Below, one piece after another: positions 19,421 through 29,270 of a stretch of DNA of 64,000 nucleotides. This DNA comes from an uncultured Methanoregulaceae archaeon (lineage in GTDB: Archaea; Halobacteriota; Methanomicrobia; Methanomicrobiales; Methanospirillaceae), in contig OY970343.1 in the NCBI GenBank assembly GCA_963717525.1, positions 1,344,001 to 1,408,000 on the forward strand, written 5' to 3'. Under the pieces are notes generated by a model. The model had not been told where the DNA came from. It was given only the letters and a program-made list of their open reading frames with translations, and made no database searches. The first letter of the stretch is position 1; the number at the start of each line of letters is the position of its first letter. The position numbers and the translations under genes were made by a program.

Positions 19421-20452
19421 ATGATCGCACCACCGCTGATCCTTATTGTTGCGATCATTGTCATAGCGCTCGTCTTCGATTTTACCAACGGGTTCCATGA
19501 TTCGGCCAATTCGATCTCGACCGTGGTATCCACAAAAGTGCTCTCGCCCCGGAACGCCGTGGTTTTTGCGGCTTTTTTCAATTTTCTTGCAGCATTCGGT
19601 TTCGGGGTGGCGGTGGCAGACACCATCAGCAGTATCGTCGATCTCAATATCGTGACGCTGACCATTATTCCCTATATCGTCCTCGGTGCGCTCACTGGTG
19701 CTATCAGCTGGAACATTATTACCTGGTTCTTTGGCCTTCCCACCTCGTCTTCCCATGCGCTCATCGGGGGCCTCGCCGGCGCCGGAATCTCTGCGGCAGG
19801 AATTGCTGCCATCAAATGGTCGACGGTCGGCCAGGTTGCGCTCTTTATGGTGCTCTCGCCGCTGATTGGCCTTGTCTGCGGTTTCCTCTTCATGGCCGCG
19901 ATCCTCTGGATCACAAGAAAAGCGAGCAAACCGGCGGCAGAAGGGCATTTCAAGAGACTCCAGCTCTGCTCTGCGGCAGCGTACAGCTTCAGTCACGGGA
20001 CAAACGATGCCCAGAAGACGATGGGGATTATCGTCCCGCTCCTCTTTTCTCTGGGTTATTACGGTGCGAATGCAAATCTCAGTCACCTGCCGGTGCCTTT
20101 TTGGGTGATCATCATCTGTTACACGACCATAGCCTTCGGGACTCTTGCCGGCGGGTGGCGGATCGTGCGGACCATGGGATACAAGATCACCAAGCTCCGC
20201 CCGGTGCACGGCTTTGCTGCGGAAACTGCCGGGGCTGTGACGATCCTGAGTGCCTCTGCGGCCGGTATCCCGGTGAGCACGACGCATGTGATCTGCTCGT
20301 CCATCATGGGCGTCGGTACGACCATGGGCGCAAGTACCGTGAAGTGGGGCGTGGCACGCAGCATCATGATTGCCTGGATCCTTACGATCCCGATCAGCGC
20401 ACTGATCGGGTATGCAGCCTTTCAGGTGATCCGGCTCGTTGTCGGAGCCTGA
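19421..20452 (+). CDS. Inorganic phosphate transporter (PiT), canonical copy 2
   Basis: NGFHDSANSI, PTSSSHALIGG, HGTNDAQK, GIPVSTTH. Confidence 0.94.
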   Translation: MIAPPLILIVAIIVIALVFDFTNGFHDSANSISTVVSTKVLSPRNAVVFAAFFNFLAAFGFGVAVADTISSIVDLNIVTLTIIPYIVLGALTGAISWNIITWFFGLPTSSSHALIGGLAGAGISAAGIAAIKWSTVGQVALFMVLSPLIGLVCGFLFMAAILWITRKASKPAAEGHFKRLQLCSAAAYSFSHGTNDAQKTMGIIVPLLFSLGYYGANANLSHLPVPFWVIIICYTTIAFGTLAGGWRIVRTMGYKITKLRPVHGFAAETAGAVTILSASAAGIPVSTTHVICSSIMGVGTTMGASTVKWGVARSIMIAWILTIPISALIGYAAFQVIRLVVGA

Positions 20453-20460
20453 AGTTCCTT

Positions 20461-21123
20461 TTATCCGCTTTTTTCATTAGTAGGTAATTCCCGGTAATAC
20501 CGGCACAGCGTGTTTATAACGCATTTTGGGCACTGCGGTTTTTTCGCCGTGCAGCAGGCCCGCCCGTGTGCGATGAACACATCCGTGAGATCGCCCCACT
20601 CCTTGTGGGGGAACAGGGCCATGAGGTCACGCTCGATCACCTTGACATCATCTGTGTCCGAGAACCCGATCCTCTGTGCCAGCCGGCGCACATGGGTGTC
20701 GACGGCGATGCCATGGTTCTTTGCAAAGCCGTGGTACAGGACGATGTTTGCGGTCTTCCTGCCGACACCGGGAATTGCAAGCAGGCTTTCCATGGTGTCC
20801 GGCACCTCCCCGCCATAGTCCGCGATCAGTGCCTGTGCCGCCGCAATGATGTTCCGCGCCTTTGCATGGTAAAAACCGAGGCTGTGTATAATCGGCTCCA
20901 CATCGGTGATCTTTGCATGGGCAAGGGCCTGCGGGGTCGGATAGGCCGAAAAGAGCGGCTCTTTTACCATGAGCACAGCCCGGTCGGTTGTCTGGGCGGA
21001 GAGGATGGTTAAGATGAGCACCTCAAAGGGCGTTCCCCGGCAGACCGTCGTAGGTGACTCACGGGCATCGGGGTACTGTTTTAGTAAAAGAGCATAGATC
21101 CGGCGGGCATCCTGTGCTTTCAT
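20461..21123 (-). CDS. nth: Endonuclease III
   Basis: ILSAQTTD, HhH motif IPGVGRKTAN, VDTHV, C-terminal 4Fe-4S Cys cluster. Confidence 0.95.
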   Translation of the reverse strand: MKAQDARRIYALLLKQYPDARESPTTVCRGTPFEVLILTILSAQTTDRAVLMVKEPLFSAYPTPQALAHAKITDVEPIIHSLGFYHAKARNIIAAAQALIADYGGEVPDTMESLLAIPGVGRKTANIVLYHGFAKNHGIAVDTHVRRLAQRIGFSDTDDVKVIERDLMALFPHKEWGDLTDVFIAHGRACCTAKKPQCPKCVINTLCRYYRELPTNEKSG

Positions 21124-21130
21124 ATCCTCA

Positions 21131-21205
21131 TGGGGTAGGGCGGATTCGAACCGCCGTCAAAGCGTCCCAAACGCTCTAGGATGGACCAGGCTACCCTACT
21201 ACCCC
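21131..21205 (-). tRNA. tRNA-Pro(TGG)
   Basis: Reverse complement GGGGTAGTAGGGTAGCCTGGTCCATCCTAGAGCGTTTGGGACGCTTTGACGGCGGTTCGAATCCGCCCTACCCCA. Confidence 0.95.
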
Positions 21206-21324
21206 GCGTCCTACAATATTGTCCGTGGCCGCTAAAAATACCTGCCGTTAATGGGTTCCTTAAAATCACAGGAGCCAACCGAATTCTCACCCGACCAGGG
21301 AAAGCCGATAAAATAATGTGAGAG

Positions 21325-21435
21325 TCCCCCGCCTCAGGGCCTCTCCGGGGCATGGAGGGGCATGAACGTTTTGGGTTTTGTATTATCGCTGATCCACCGC
21401 GGGGTTGCCTCTCCGGGGGAGGCGGCGTTTATCGT
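21325..21435. repeat. Degenerate REPIN-like paired element
   Basis: CCCCGCCTCAGGGCCTCTCCGGGGCA (arm 1) and GATCCACCGCGGGGTTGCCTCTCCGGGGGAGGCGGCG (arm 2). Confidence 0.7.
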
Positions 21436-21499
21436 TCACGGGGAGGGGAAGAGCAATCTCCTCACCGCATCGGAACAATCCGGTTTTCAAAAGAAAAAT

Positions 21500-22204
21500 T
21501 TACAGCGGGAGAATCTTCTTCTTTGTCCCGCTGACGATGGAACCATCGCATTTTCCAAGAAGAAGGGCGTCGGAAAGGTTCTCCGGTCTCGTACCATCGA
21601 GCACCACGAGGGGGATATGGCTGCGCTCCACCACACGGGCGGCGATGATATCGAGGACATTATGGGAGCCGGCGCCAAGGCCACCCTTTCCCACGATCCC
21701 GAGCAGCTGCTGCGGGGTAAGGGTCCGGTGGTGTTTTGCCCCGGGATACTTGTTGGGGTCTTTGTCGTAGATGCCATTAACCGAGGTTACGTTCACAAAA
21801 ACATCCGCCTGTACCCTTTCTGCAAGGACCGCAGCGACGGCGTCCGTTGTCTGGCCCGGGGTGATACCACCCATGACGACGATCTTTTTTGACTCGGCGA
21901 ACTTCTTTGCCTCGGAATGGCTCTCGGCAACCTTCGGGTATGCAGCCTCGCCCAGCGCGGCAATCAGGAGCGTCGCGTTGAGCCGGGTCACGAGAATGCC
22001 GATCTCGTCCGCGGTGCCCTCATCGATGCCCAGTTTCCGTGCCACCGCAATATAGTCTCGTGCCCCGCCGCCGCCCCCGACGACTACGAAGAGCCGGTGC
22101 TTCGCGGCGATCTTTGTAAGGACCGGAAGATAGGCCGGGATACGGTTATTTTCCAGTTCCGGGATCAGGATCGAGCCGCCCAGCGAGATAACGACCGTCT
22201 TCAT
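21500..22204 (-). CDS. pyrH: UMP kinase
   Basis: VVISLGGS, VVVGGG, MGGITPGQTTDAVA, GIYDKDP. Confidence 0.95.
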   Translation of the reverse strand: MKTVVISLGGSILIPELENNRIPAYLPVLTKIAAKHRLFVVVGGGGGARDYIAVARKLGIDEGTADEIGILVTRLNATLLIAALGEAAYPKVAESHSEAKKFAESKKIVVMGGITPGQTTDAVAAVLAERVQADVFVNVTSVNGIYDKDPNKYPGAKHHRTLTPQQLLGIVGKGGLGAGSHNVLDIIAARVVERSHIPLVVLDGTRPENLSDALLLGKCDGSIVSGTKKKILPL

Positions 22205-22260
22205 TGCACTAGTTTTTGTACAGGATGCTCATATAGAGTTGTTCTAAGGAAGTTCCGACC

Positions 22261-22425
22261 ATGTTGTGCTGTCCGGTCTGCAAGAGCCGCGAGATCTTCC
22301 CGGTTGCCGGGGGATATATGGGGCAGGTGTATCTCTGCAAGAACTGCAAATACCGGGGATCGTTTGTCCTTGAAGTGGACGACGAGGCGGCCGGATGTGA
22401 TGCAAAGGAAGAGCCGGGGAGTTGA
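22261..22425 (+). CDS. Zinc-ribbon microprotein (54 aa), below ORF-track cutoff
   Basis: Manual translation MLCCPVCKSREIFPVAGGYMGQVYLCKNCKYRGSFVLEVDDEAAGCDAKEEPGS; CPxC...CxxC; ends 15 bp before the radical SAM gene. Confidence 0.8.
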   Translation: MLCCPVCKSREIFPVAGGYMGQVYLCKNCKYRGSFVLEVDDEAAGCDAKEEPGS

Positions 22426-22440
22426 CGGGCGGGATCGGGT

Positions 22441-23455
22441 ATGCATGAAGCACGCCAGTACGTAAAGATAGAGAACCGGGCGGTGAAGTGTTCGCTGTGC
22501 AACCACCGCTGCACGATTGCCGACGGGAAACACGGGATCTGCGGTGTCCGTCAGAATACCGGCGGGACACTGTATGCCAGCACATACGGTCTCGTGAGTG
22601 CCGAAGCGGTGGATCCCATCGAGAAAAAACCGCTCTTCCATTACCTGCCCGGCACCCTCTCGTATTCTCTCGGCGGCATCGGGTGCAATTTCCGGTGCGA
22701 GCACTGCCAGAACTGGCATATATCGCAGGCAGACGCAACAATCGCCCGCCTTTCCCCGCTCTCCCCGGAAGAGGGGGTCGCCCGTGCCCTCGCAAGCGGG
22801 AGCGCGAGCATCTCGTGGACCTATAACGAGCCGACGATCTGGCACGAGTATACGCTTGACATGGGCACGCTCGCACGGGCCCGGGGTCTGGGGACCTGCT
22901 ACGTGACGAATGGCTACATCACCGAAGAGGCCCTGCGGGAACTCTCTCCCATGCTTGCCGCGTTCCGGGTGGATCTCAAGGCGTTCACTGACGAGTTTTA
23001 TAAGAAGATCTGTGGGGCGCACCTCCAGCCGGTGCTGGATGCAGCGGTCGTTGCACGGGAGCTTGGCATGCACATCGAGACCGTGACGCTCGTCATCCCC
23101 GGGGCGAACGACAGCATGGAAGAGCAGGAGTCCCTCATCCGGTGGGTGATCGAGCACCTAGGCCCCGAAACCCCGATGCATTTCTCCGCGTTCCACCCGG
23201 ATTACCGGATGAGGGACCGTGGCGCAACGCCGGTCGCGCTTCTCGAGAAGATCTGTACCCGGGCAAAAGAACTCGGGCTCCGGTTCCCGTACCTGGGAAA
23301 TGTCCCCCACAGCCGGTACCAGAACACGTACTGCCCGGCCTGCGGCGCAATGCTCATCGAACGGCGGGGGTTCTCCAGCCGCATCACAGGTCTTGACGAC
23401 CGGCAAGTGTACCAGCTGCGGCGAGAAGATCGAGATCGTGCGCCATGCCGGATAA
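22441..23455 (+). CDS. amrS: AmmeMemoRadiSam system radical SAM enzyme (frameshift ~23405)
   Basis: CSLCNHRC...CGVR, DPIEKKPLFH, CNFRCEHCQNW, TYNEP, FHPDY, YLGNV...TYCPACG. Confidence 0.9.
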
Positions 23456-23939
23456 CATCGCTTCCCAAGAGACCCGGTTTCTCGCAGACCGGATGCTGGG
23501 CACCCTCACCCGGTACCTCCGGTTCATGGGCTACGACACGATCAGCGCAAACGGGTTCCGGACCGGGAATGCCGACGAGGACACCCGGCTCCTTGCGCTT
23601 GCACAGAGCGAACACCGGATCCTCCTGACCCGGGACCACGAGCTTGCCCGTCGGGGCGGCGGGCATGCGGTGCTTGTCACGGCTGGCGACGTGCTCGTGC
23701 AGGTGCAGCAGCTTGCCGATCTCGGCCTTGTCGAACGGCGCCTCCCCATGAGCCGGTGCTCGCTCTGCAATACCATAATCCGGGTTGCAACCGAAGAAGA
23801 GATAGCGTCTGCCGGATACGCGCCGCGTGACCGGACCGGCTACACGTTTTTCTGGTGCGACCAGTGCAGGAAACTGTACTGGAACGGCTCACACGGCAAA
23901 CGCCTCCAGGAACGCATCGATTCCGGGCTCAGATCCTGA
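23445..23939 (+). CDS. Mut7-C RNase domain protein
   Basis: FLADRMLGTLTRYLRFMGYD, RILLTRD, RCSLCN...CDQCRKLYWNGSH. Confidence 0.9.
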   Translation: MPDNIASQETRFLADRMLGTLTRYLRFMGYDTISANGFRTGNADEDTRLLALAQSEHRILLTRDHELARRGGGHAVLVTAGDVLVQVQQLADLGLVERRLPMSRCSLCNTIIRVATEEEIASAGYAPRDRTGYTFFWCDQCRKLYWNGSHGKRLQERIDSGLRS

Positions 23940-24037
23940 TCTGGCGGTTTTTACTCTCTCCTGCACTAATATCACCCGGGGCTCCCCCGGGAGGAAATAA
24001 AATAGGTTAGCATTTCCCGTGCCTGAAGGGGTATGAT

Positions 24038-24410
24038 TGCCTGAACGAGGCAGTAAAAAGGGTCTCCCGTCATCCGGATGCCCCCTGCCAGCCGCATGGG
24101 ATGCTACCGGCAGTGGATCCCGGGTGTTTCTCCGAAAAACCGCACCCGGTTTTGGCTCGAACAGGACCACTTTATTTTCTGGCAATAAACGCATTCCTGG
24201 CCCTTCCGGCATCCCGCATGATTAGTTGAACCTCCCGCTTTTTCGCGATGAAAAAAACGCTTATAAATTGCACGGTTTTTTCCTGATTAAAACGGTCATT
24301 TTCTGAAAATAATGATTTATAAAGAGAATTTTGTCGGGCGTTGGCACTATTTCCACTGGAACCCCACAGCCCCGGATTTGACCAGGAAACTCTCCGTCGG
24401 AGAAAGGATC
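24038..24410. repeat. Dispersed ~380-bp non-coding repeat, copy 2 (ORB-like core)
   Basis: Same orientation as 2815-3197; shared blocks TTTTTCGCGATGAAA, TAAATTGCACGGTTTTTT, the 38-bp core and GGAAACTCTCCGTCG-AGAAAGGATC. Confidence 0.85.
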
Positions 24411-24588
24411 CCATGAAAGTGTACTTTCAGGTCATGGGCTCCATTAATAAAGCAAATGATGTACCAAATCTGGGGGATTTGCAAGAGGTAGATTTCCTCA
24501 GGAACCACTGTCAAAAGCCGGGAGAGATATCAGCATGGAAGAGCTTAGAAGAGGAATTCTTATTGTTCGTCCTACCATAATCACGAGT

Positions 24589-25183
24589 ATGAAAATTATT
24601 GTTCCCCTGCTCCTCCTGATCGCAATTACTGCCGCGATCATCGGATGCACACAATCTGTATCTTCAGGCACTGCCCCGGCACCGGTCCAGACCCCGGTAA
24701 ACACCCCTGCTCCGACACCCTCTCCTGAAGTACAACTTTCCACTCCAACCCCATCTCCGACCGCGATGATCACAACAGGTCAAACACAACCGCCGGGCAA
24801 TCCCGGAGAGCGCCGGTCTGACTACTATCCGGACAATCATCGGGATAGGCAATGAAACGGTAACAAACGTCTCGATTCCGTCAAGTTACTGGGAACTCTG
24901 GTATACTGCAGACCCCCTTACCATGGGAGGACAGAATGCTCAGTCTGTGTCATCGGCTTCTGCGGTTTTTCCCAGCCTCACCATTACGATCGTTGATCAT
25001 AATTCAGGAAAGATCTTCGATACGGTACAACCCCCGGGAGGCCTGGACTCCACACTCTGGCAGAGAGTGGGCGATCCCCGGCCCTGGTCACAGAAATACT
25101 ATTCCGGGGATTCGGTTTACGACTTTGAGATCAGCGGGCAGAATCTCCGGTCGTATACCATAGACATTCGTGTCCGGTCGTGA
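24589..25183 (+). CDS. Hypothetical lipoprotein with Pro/Thr-rich linker (frameshift ~24810)
   Basis: MKIIVPLLLLIAITAAIIGC lipobox-like signal, P/T-rich stretch; C-terminal domain continues in the 24923-25183 frame. Confidence 0.7.
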
Positions 25184-25304
25184 GTTTTTTTTTACACGAT
25201 ACATTACCAATTCAAACCTATTTTCCGTATTTTCCCTCACCAAAATATGCCCGTAAAACCGTCCGATTCCATAGGAGACAAATCAGACGGATTTTATCGC
25301 CCAA

Positions 25305-25481
25305 TTTGCCAAAATAAGGCCAAATTGAGCCCCATATAACACCCATAATCGGGCTATAGTGGCCTTTTTTCGGCCTCTTTTTTCGGGATCCATCAATTGC
25401 CCGTTTTATGCGAGATTGGCCCGTAAAACACGTATATGTGAACCTTTTAATTTGTCCGTTTGCCAAAATAAGGCCAAATTG
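25305..25481. repeat. 23-bp direct repeat pair in a long non-coding gap
   Basis: TTTGCCAAAATAAGGCCAAATTG at 25305-25327 and 25459-25481. Confidence 0.8.
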
Positions 25482-25913
25482 GGATTATTATGAAAAGGAG
25501 CCCGATACAAGCTCCGTTTGAATCCCGGAAAGGCCAATCCGGGCTCAATACGGGCCCGTATGGGTGGAGAAAGGATCGGGGATGTGCTGAGGGGGGTCCC
25601 CGTTGCCTATTAGTTACAATTTAGAATTTTTCAGATCGTTCGGGAGAAGAGAGTACGAATTTTTCGGGAAATTTTGGAAAGGGGGGAGAAATTTCTAAGA
25701 ATGAGTAACTGCCGGGGCGTTCTTTTTCCGGAATTGCCGGCTCGCGACTCGAACTTTTTTAAAAATCTTCATCTGATGAGTCGCTCTTTTTCCGGAATCC
25801 TCATCTCATGACCCGATCTTTTTTGGAAATCTTTGGCAAGGGCCTGAATGGATCATTCGGATCTGGGGGAGGTGAATCATGATGATGGGGGCTGATGCCT
25901 CCACGCCCCCACG

Positions 25914-26030
25914 AGCGAGGAGTGCAGCCGCCCCGAGGGGGCACCCTCCGGCGGATCAGGGAGAAAGTTCGGACACTCTCACTCGCCCCGCCGTGCCCCG
26001 CGAGGGGCCCTGAGGCGGGGAGCCATCGCT
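25914..26030. repeat. REPIN-like paired palindromic element
   Basis: AGCGAGGAGTGCAGCCGCCCCGAGGGGGCACCCTCCGGCGGATC ... GCCCCGCCGTGCCCCGCGAGGGGCCCTGAGGCGGGGAGCCATCGCT. Confidence 0.82.
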
Positions 26031-26086
26031 CAATTATCACAATAGGTAAAAACAGACGAGCCAAAAATGAAAAAGGAATTACTCAA

Positions 26087-28048
26087 TTATTTCTTATCGG
26101 CCAGCACCTTCTCAATCTCTTTCCGGAGAAGCTCACTGACAACCTTCCCGTCCACCGATCCCCGGACTTCCTGCATCACCACACCCATGAGGGGGCCGAG
26201 CGCCGCCTTCTGCTTCTGGGCGACGAACTCAACACGCCCCGCGACGATCTTTTTGATCACCGCTTCGAGCTCGTCGCGGGAGACGGCCGGGGCAAGCTTG
26301 GCCATTGCCTGCTCAGCGGTACTTCCCCCGGCGATGGCCGTGAGGATCTCCGGGATGGCCTCTTTTGCTACTTCCTTATGGAGCGCGGCGGAACCAGATA
26401 CGCTGACGTGTCCACTGCCGGTGACTGACTTAAGCACGGCAAGGATCGCATCGTCCGTTATCTTATCGGTATCTGCACCGTCACGGCGGATCTCCGTGAG
26501 GGTTGCAAGGAGCGTGCGGGACGCGAGGTTTGCCTTGATCCCCGCGGACAGCGCACGCTCGAAGAGGGGGCGGTACTCAGAGAACGCCATCTGCCGCGCA
26601 ACCGCGGGAGCGAGCCCGAGGTCTTTTTCATACCGTTCTGCCTTGACGGTCAGGAGTTCCGGCACGGTCACTACGTTCCACCGGGCCTTATCGATCCGGA
26701 CCGGGAGCACATCGGTCTCGGGGTACATCCTTTCTGCACCGGGGAGGGGGCGCATGTACGCGGTGCTGCCCTCTTCGAGCATCTTCCTCGTTTCTTCGGG
26801 CACGGGCTTGTCCGAGAGGGCAAGCTTCGCCCGGTTGTGTACCTGGTTCCATGCGCAGCCTGCCTGCTTCTCGTTTGCGCCGGCAACGAGGATTACGCAG
26901 TCCTTTTCTTGTGCGTGGACGAACTCCCGGAGGCGTCCGACCTCTTCTGCGGTGACGCCATACGCGGGCAGTTCATCGGTGTGGAAGATCCCGCCGACCC
27001 CGCACTTCTTCGCATAATCCGACATCTCGCTCCCGAGCCGCCGGCCGGGCTGGATCTCACGGCCGACAAGGCCGGGAAAGCCCGGCAGAACAAGGGCATA
27101 GATCTTCTTTGCCTTTTTGAGAACGGCTGATTTGGTCTCCTTGAAGAGATCCGTGATATCTATCTTATCTGTCCCAACACTTGCGTGGCGCTTTTTCAAC
27201 TCCGCATGGATGGCAAGCAGCTCCCGCTGTCGCTGGACTTCCCGGCGAACGACCTCCGCGATCAGGGCGAGGTCCTGCACACCCTTGATCTCGACCCGGG
27301 CGCCATCTCTGATAGAAATATTGACATCCTGCCGGATCGTCCCGAGGCCGCGCTTGACCGCGCCGGTCGACCGGAGCACCATGCCGATGTACTCGGCGAC
27401 CTGCTGGACGTCCTCGGGAGTGTGCATGCAGGGCGAGGTCGTGATCTCAACGAGCGGGATGCCGAGCCGGTCAAGCGAGAAGATGTCGTCTTTAACCCTT
27501 TGTGCCGCTTCCTCCTCGATACAGATCGTCTCGATGCTCCCGCCATTCGGGAGGGCGCCGTTGATGGCGACAAGGGCCGTCCGCTGGAACCCGCTCGTGT
27601 TGGAGCCGTCGATCACGAGCTTTCGCATCGTATGAATCTGCGGGATCGGCGTCATGCCAAACGTCTTTGCAAGAGTGAGGCCGATGGAAAGCGCCTCGTC
27701 GTTGAGTGGCGCAGGCGGCTCCTCATCGTTCTCGACAAGGCAGGTTGAGGGGTACGTGTAATACTGGAATTTGCGCACCCGCTTCATCTCCTCCTGTGCG
27801 GCCCGGTCGATCTCGCCCATCTCGCTCTCGGTCGCCCGGAGGTACCGGAAGAACTCTCCCGTGTGCCCGGTGGTGTCCATGAGCGTCGTCGGGCAATGGC
27901 AGAAGAGTTTCTCTTTGGTGTCGAGCTGCTGGTGGATCTCGATACCGGCCACGAGGCCCACATCTTTATAGTTGGTTTTCGGCAGGACGAGTTTTCCATC
28001 CACTATGGATAAGACTGTGTGCCCAAATTCATTACAGTCCATGGGCAC
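26087..28048 (-). CDS. gatE: Glu-tRNA(Gln) amidotransferase subunit E
   Basis: GLVAGIEIHQQL, RKLVIDGSNTSGFQRT, KRGLGTIRQDVN, YMRPLPGAERMYPETD. Confidence 0.96.
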   Translation of the reverse strand: MPMDCNEFGHTVLSIVDGKLVLPKTNYKDVGLVAGIEIHQQLDTKEKLFCHCPTTLMDTTGHTGEFFRYLRATESEMGEIDRAAQEEMKRVRKFQYYTYPSTCLVENDEEPPAPLNDEALSIGLTLAKTFGMTPIPQIHTMRKLVIDGSNTSGFQRTALVAINGALPNGGSIETICIEEEAAQRVKDDIFSLDRLGIPLVEITTSPCMHTPEDVQQVAEYIGMVLRSTGAVKRGLGTIRQDVNISIRDGARVEIKGVQDLALIAEVVRREVQRQRELLAIHAELKKRHASVGTDKIDITDLFKETKSAVLKKAKKIYALVLPGFPGLVGREIQPGRRLGSEMSDYAKKCGVGGIFHTDELPAYGVTAEEVGRLREFVHAQEKDCVILVAGANEKQAGCAWNQVHNRAKLALSDKPVPEETRKMLEEGSTAYMRPLPGAERMYPETDVLPVRIDKARWNVVTVPELLTVKAERYEKDLGLAPAVARQMAFSEYRPLFERALSAGIKANLASRTLLATLTEIRRDGADTDKITDDAILAVLKSVTGSGHVSVSGSAALHKEVAKEAIPEILTAIAGGSTAEQAMAKLAPAVSRDELEAVIKKIVAGRVEFVAQKQKAALGPLMGVVMQEVRGSVDGKVVSELLRKEIEKVLADKK

Positions 28049-29270
28049 TCCTCCGCATGCATTCGCCTTTGAGATCGGTCTTCATCAGCGCCGCTGCTTT
28101 TGCCGGGTCTTTCTCATTTGCCAGCACCCACATCTGCTTGACAAGCGCCACTTCGGCGAGCATGTCGCCACCTTCGATGACTCCCGCTGCAAGGAGGTCG
28201 CGACCCGTATCGTAGACCCGGTCGCAGACCCGGCCGTTCATGCACTGCGAGGTCATGACCACCTGCGTCCCGCCCGCGATCAGATTTCTTATCTGCGGGA
28301 TCATGGCCGTGCTGACGTGTCCGAGGCCGGTGCCCGAGAGGATAAGCCCTTTGTATCCCGCGTATGCTTTCAGGAGATCGGGGGACATGCCCGGGTAGAA
28401 CTGGAGGAGGCCGCAGTGCGGTTCGAGCTTATCGTGCAGGGCGAGTTTGTGCGTACCCCTCCGGACTGCCTCACCGGTCAGGGTCACGGTGCGGGTGGCA
28501 TAGTCCACGGTGCCGACCGGGGGAATACCGATACTCAGGAATGCGTCGCGCCGGGAGGTATGCATCTTCCGCACCCTCGTTCCCCGGTGGATGGCGCAGG
28601 AGTCGTCGTTCGTGGTCGCGTGCATGACAACTGCCACTTCCCCGAGATCGCTTTCTGCCGCGAGCGCCGCACAGACCCCGTTCATCGCATTGTCGCTTGA
28701 CGGGCGGTCGGCTGAACGCTGGGACCCTACGAAGATGACCGGGACCGGGGTGTCGATCATGAAACTGAGGGCGGCCGCACTGTAGGCCATCGTGTCCGTG
28801 CCATGGGTAACGATCACACCCGTTACGCCGTGTTTGATCTCATCATAGACGGCTTTTGCGAGTTCCTGCCAGATCGCCGGCGTCATGTTCTCGGAGAGGA
28901 TTGTGTAGAGCACCTTTGTGCGGTACCGCCCGATCTCCGCAAGCGCCGGGATCGCGGTCAGGATATCGTCCGCGTCGAACTGGCTGGTCACGGCCCCGGT
29001 CCGGTAATCGATCCGGCTTGCGATCGTGCCACCGGTCGAGATGATGGCAAGCTCGGGAAGCTTCGGGTCCTGTCGGATTGGCGCCGCACGGGGCGCAGAT
29101 GCAGGTGCGGGGGAGACGAGCGTGCAGAACGCTTTTTCGACGCCGATATTGTAACCGCTTGAGAGTTTTACGACCGCCATGCCGTCGCGATCGGTGATGT
29201 AGGTCCCGGAAAGTGTTTTGTTGCCATAGGTGCAGGAAATATGGTCGCCGGCAGAAAACGAATGCGTTAT
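28032..29270 (-). CDS. gatD: Glu-tRNA(Gln) amidotransferase subunit D (probable ATA start at 29270; first ATG at 29180)
   Basis: KLSSGYNIG, STGGTIASRIDY, HGTDTM, GSQRSADRPSSD, RKMHTSRRDAF; frame stays open 30 codons upstream to an ATA overlapping the argH stop. Confidence 0.93.
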   Translation of the reverse strand: MTHSFSAGDHISCTYGNKTLSGTYITDRDGMAVVKLSSGYNIGVEKAFCTLVSPAPASAPRAAPIRQDPKLPELAIISTGGTIASRIDYRTGAVTSQFDADDILTAIPALAEIGRYRTKVLYTILSENMTPAIWQELAKAVYDEIKHGVTGVIVTHGTDTMAYSAAALSFMIDTPVPVIFVGSQRSADRPSSDNAMNGVCAALAAESDLGEVAVVMHATTNDDSCAIHRGTRVRKMHTSRRDAFLSIGIPPVGTVDYATRTVTLTGEAVRRGTHKLALHDKLEPHCGLLQFYPGMSPDLLKAYAGYKGLILSGTGLGHVSTAMIPQIRNLIAGGTQVVMTSQCMNGRVCDRVYDTGRDLLAAGVIEGGDMLAEVALVKQMWVLANEKDPAKAAALMKTDLKGECMRRSAHGL

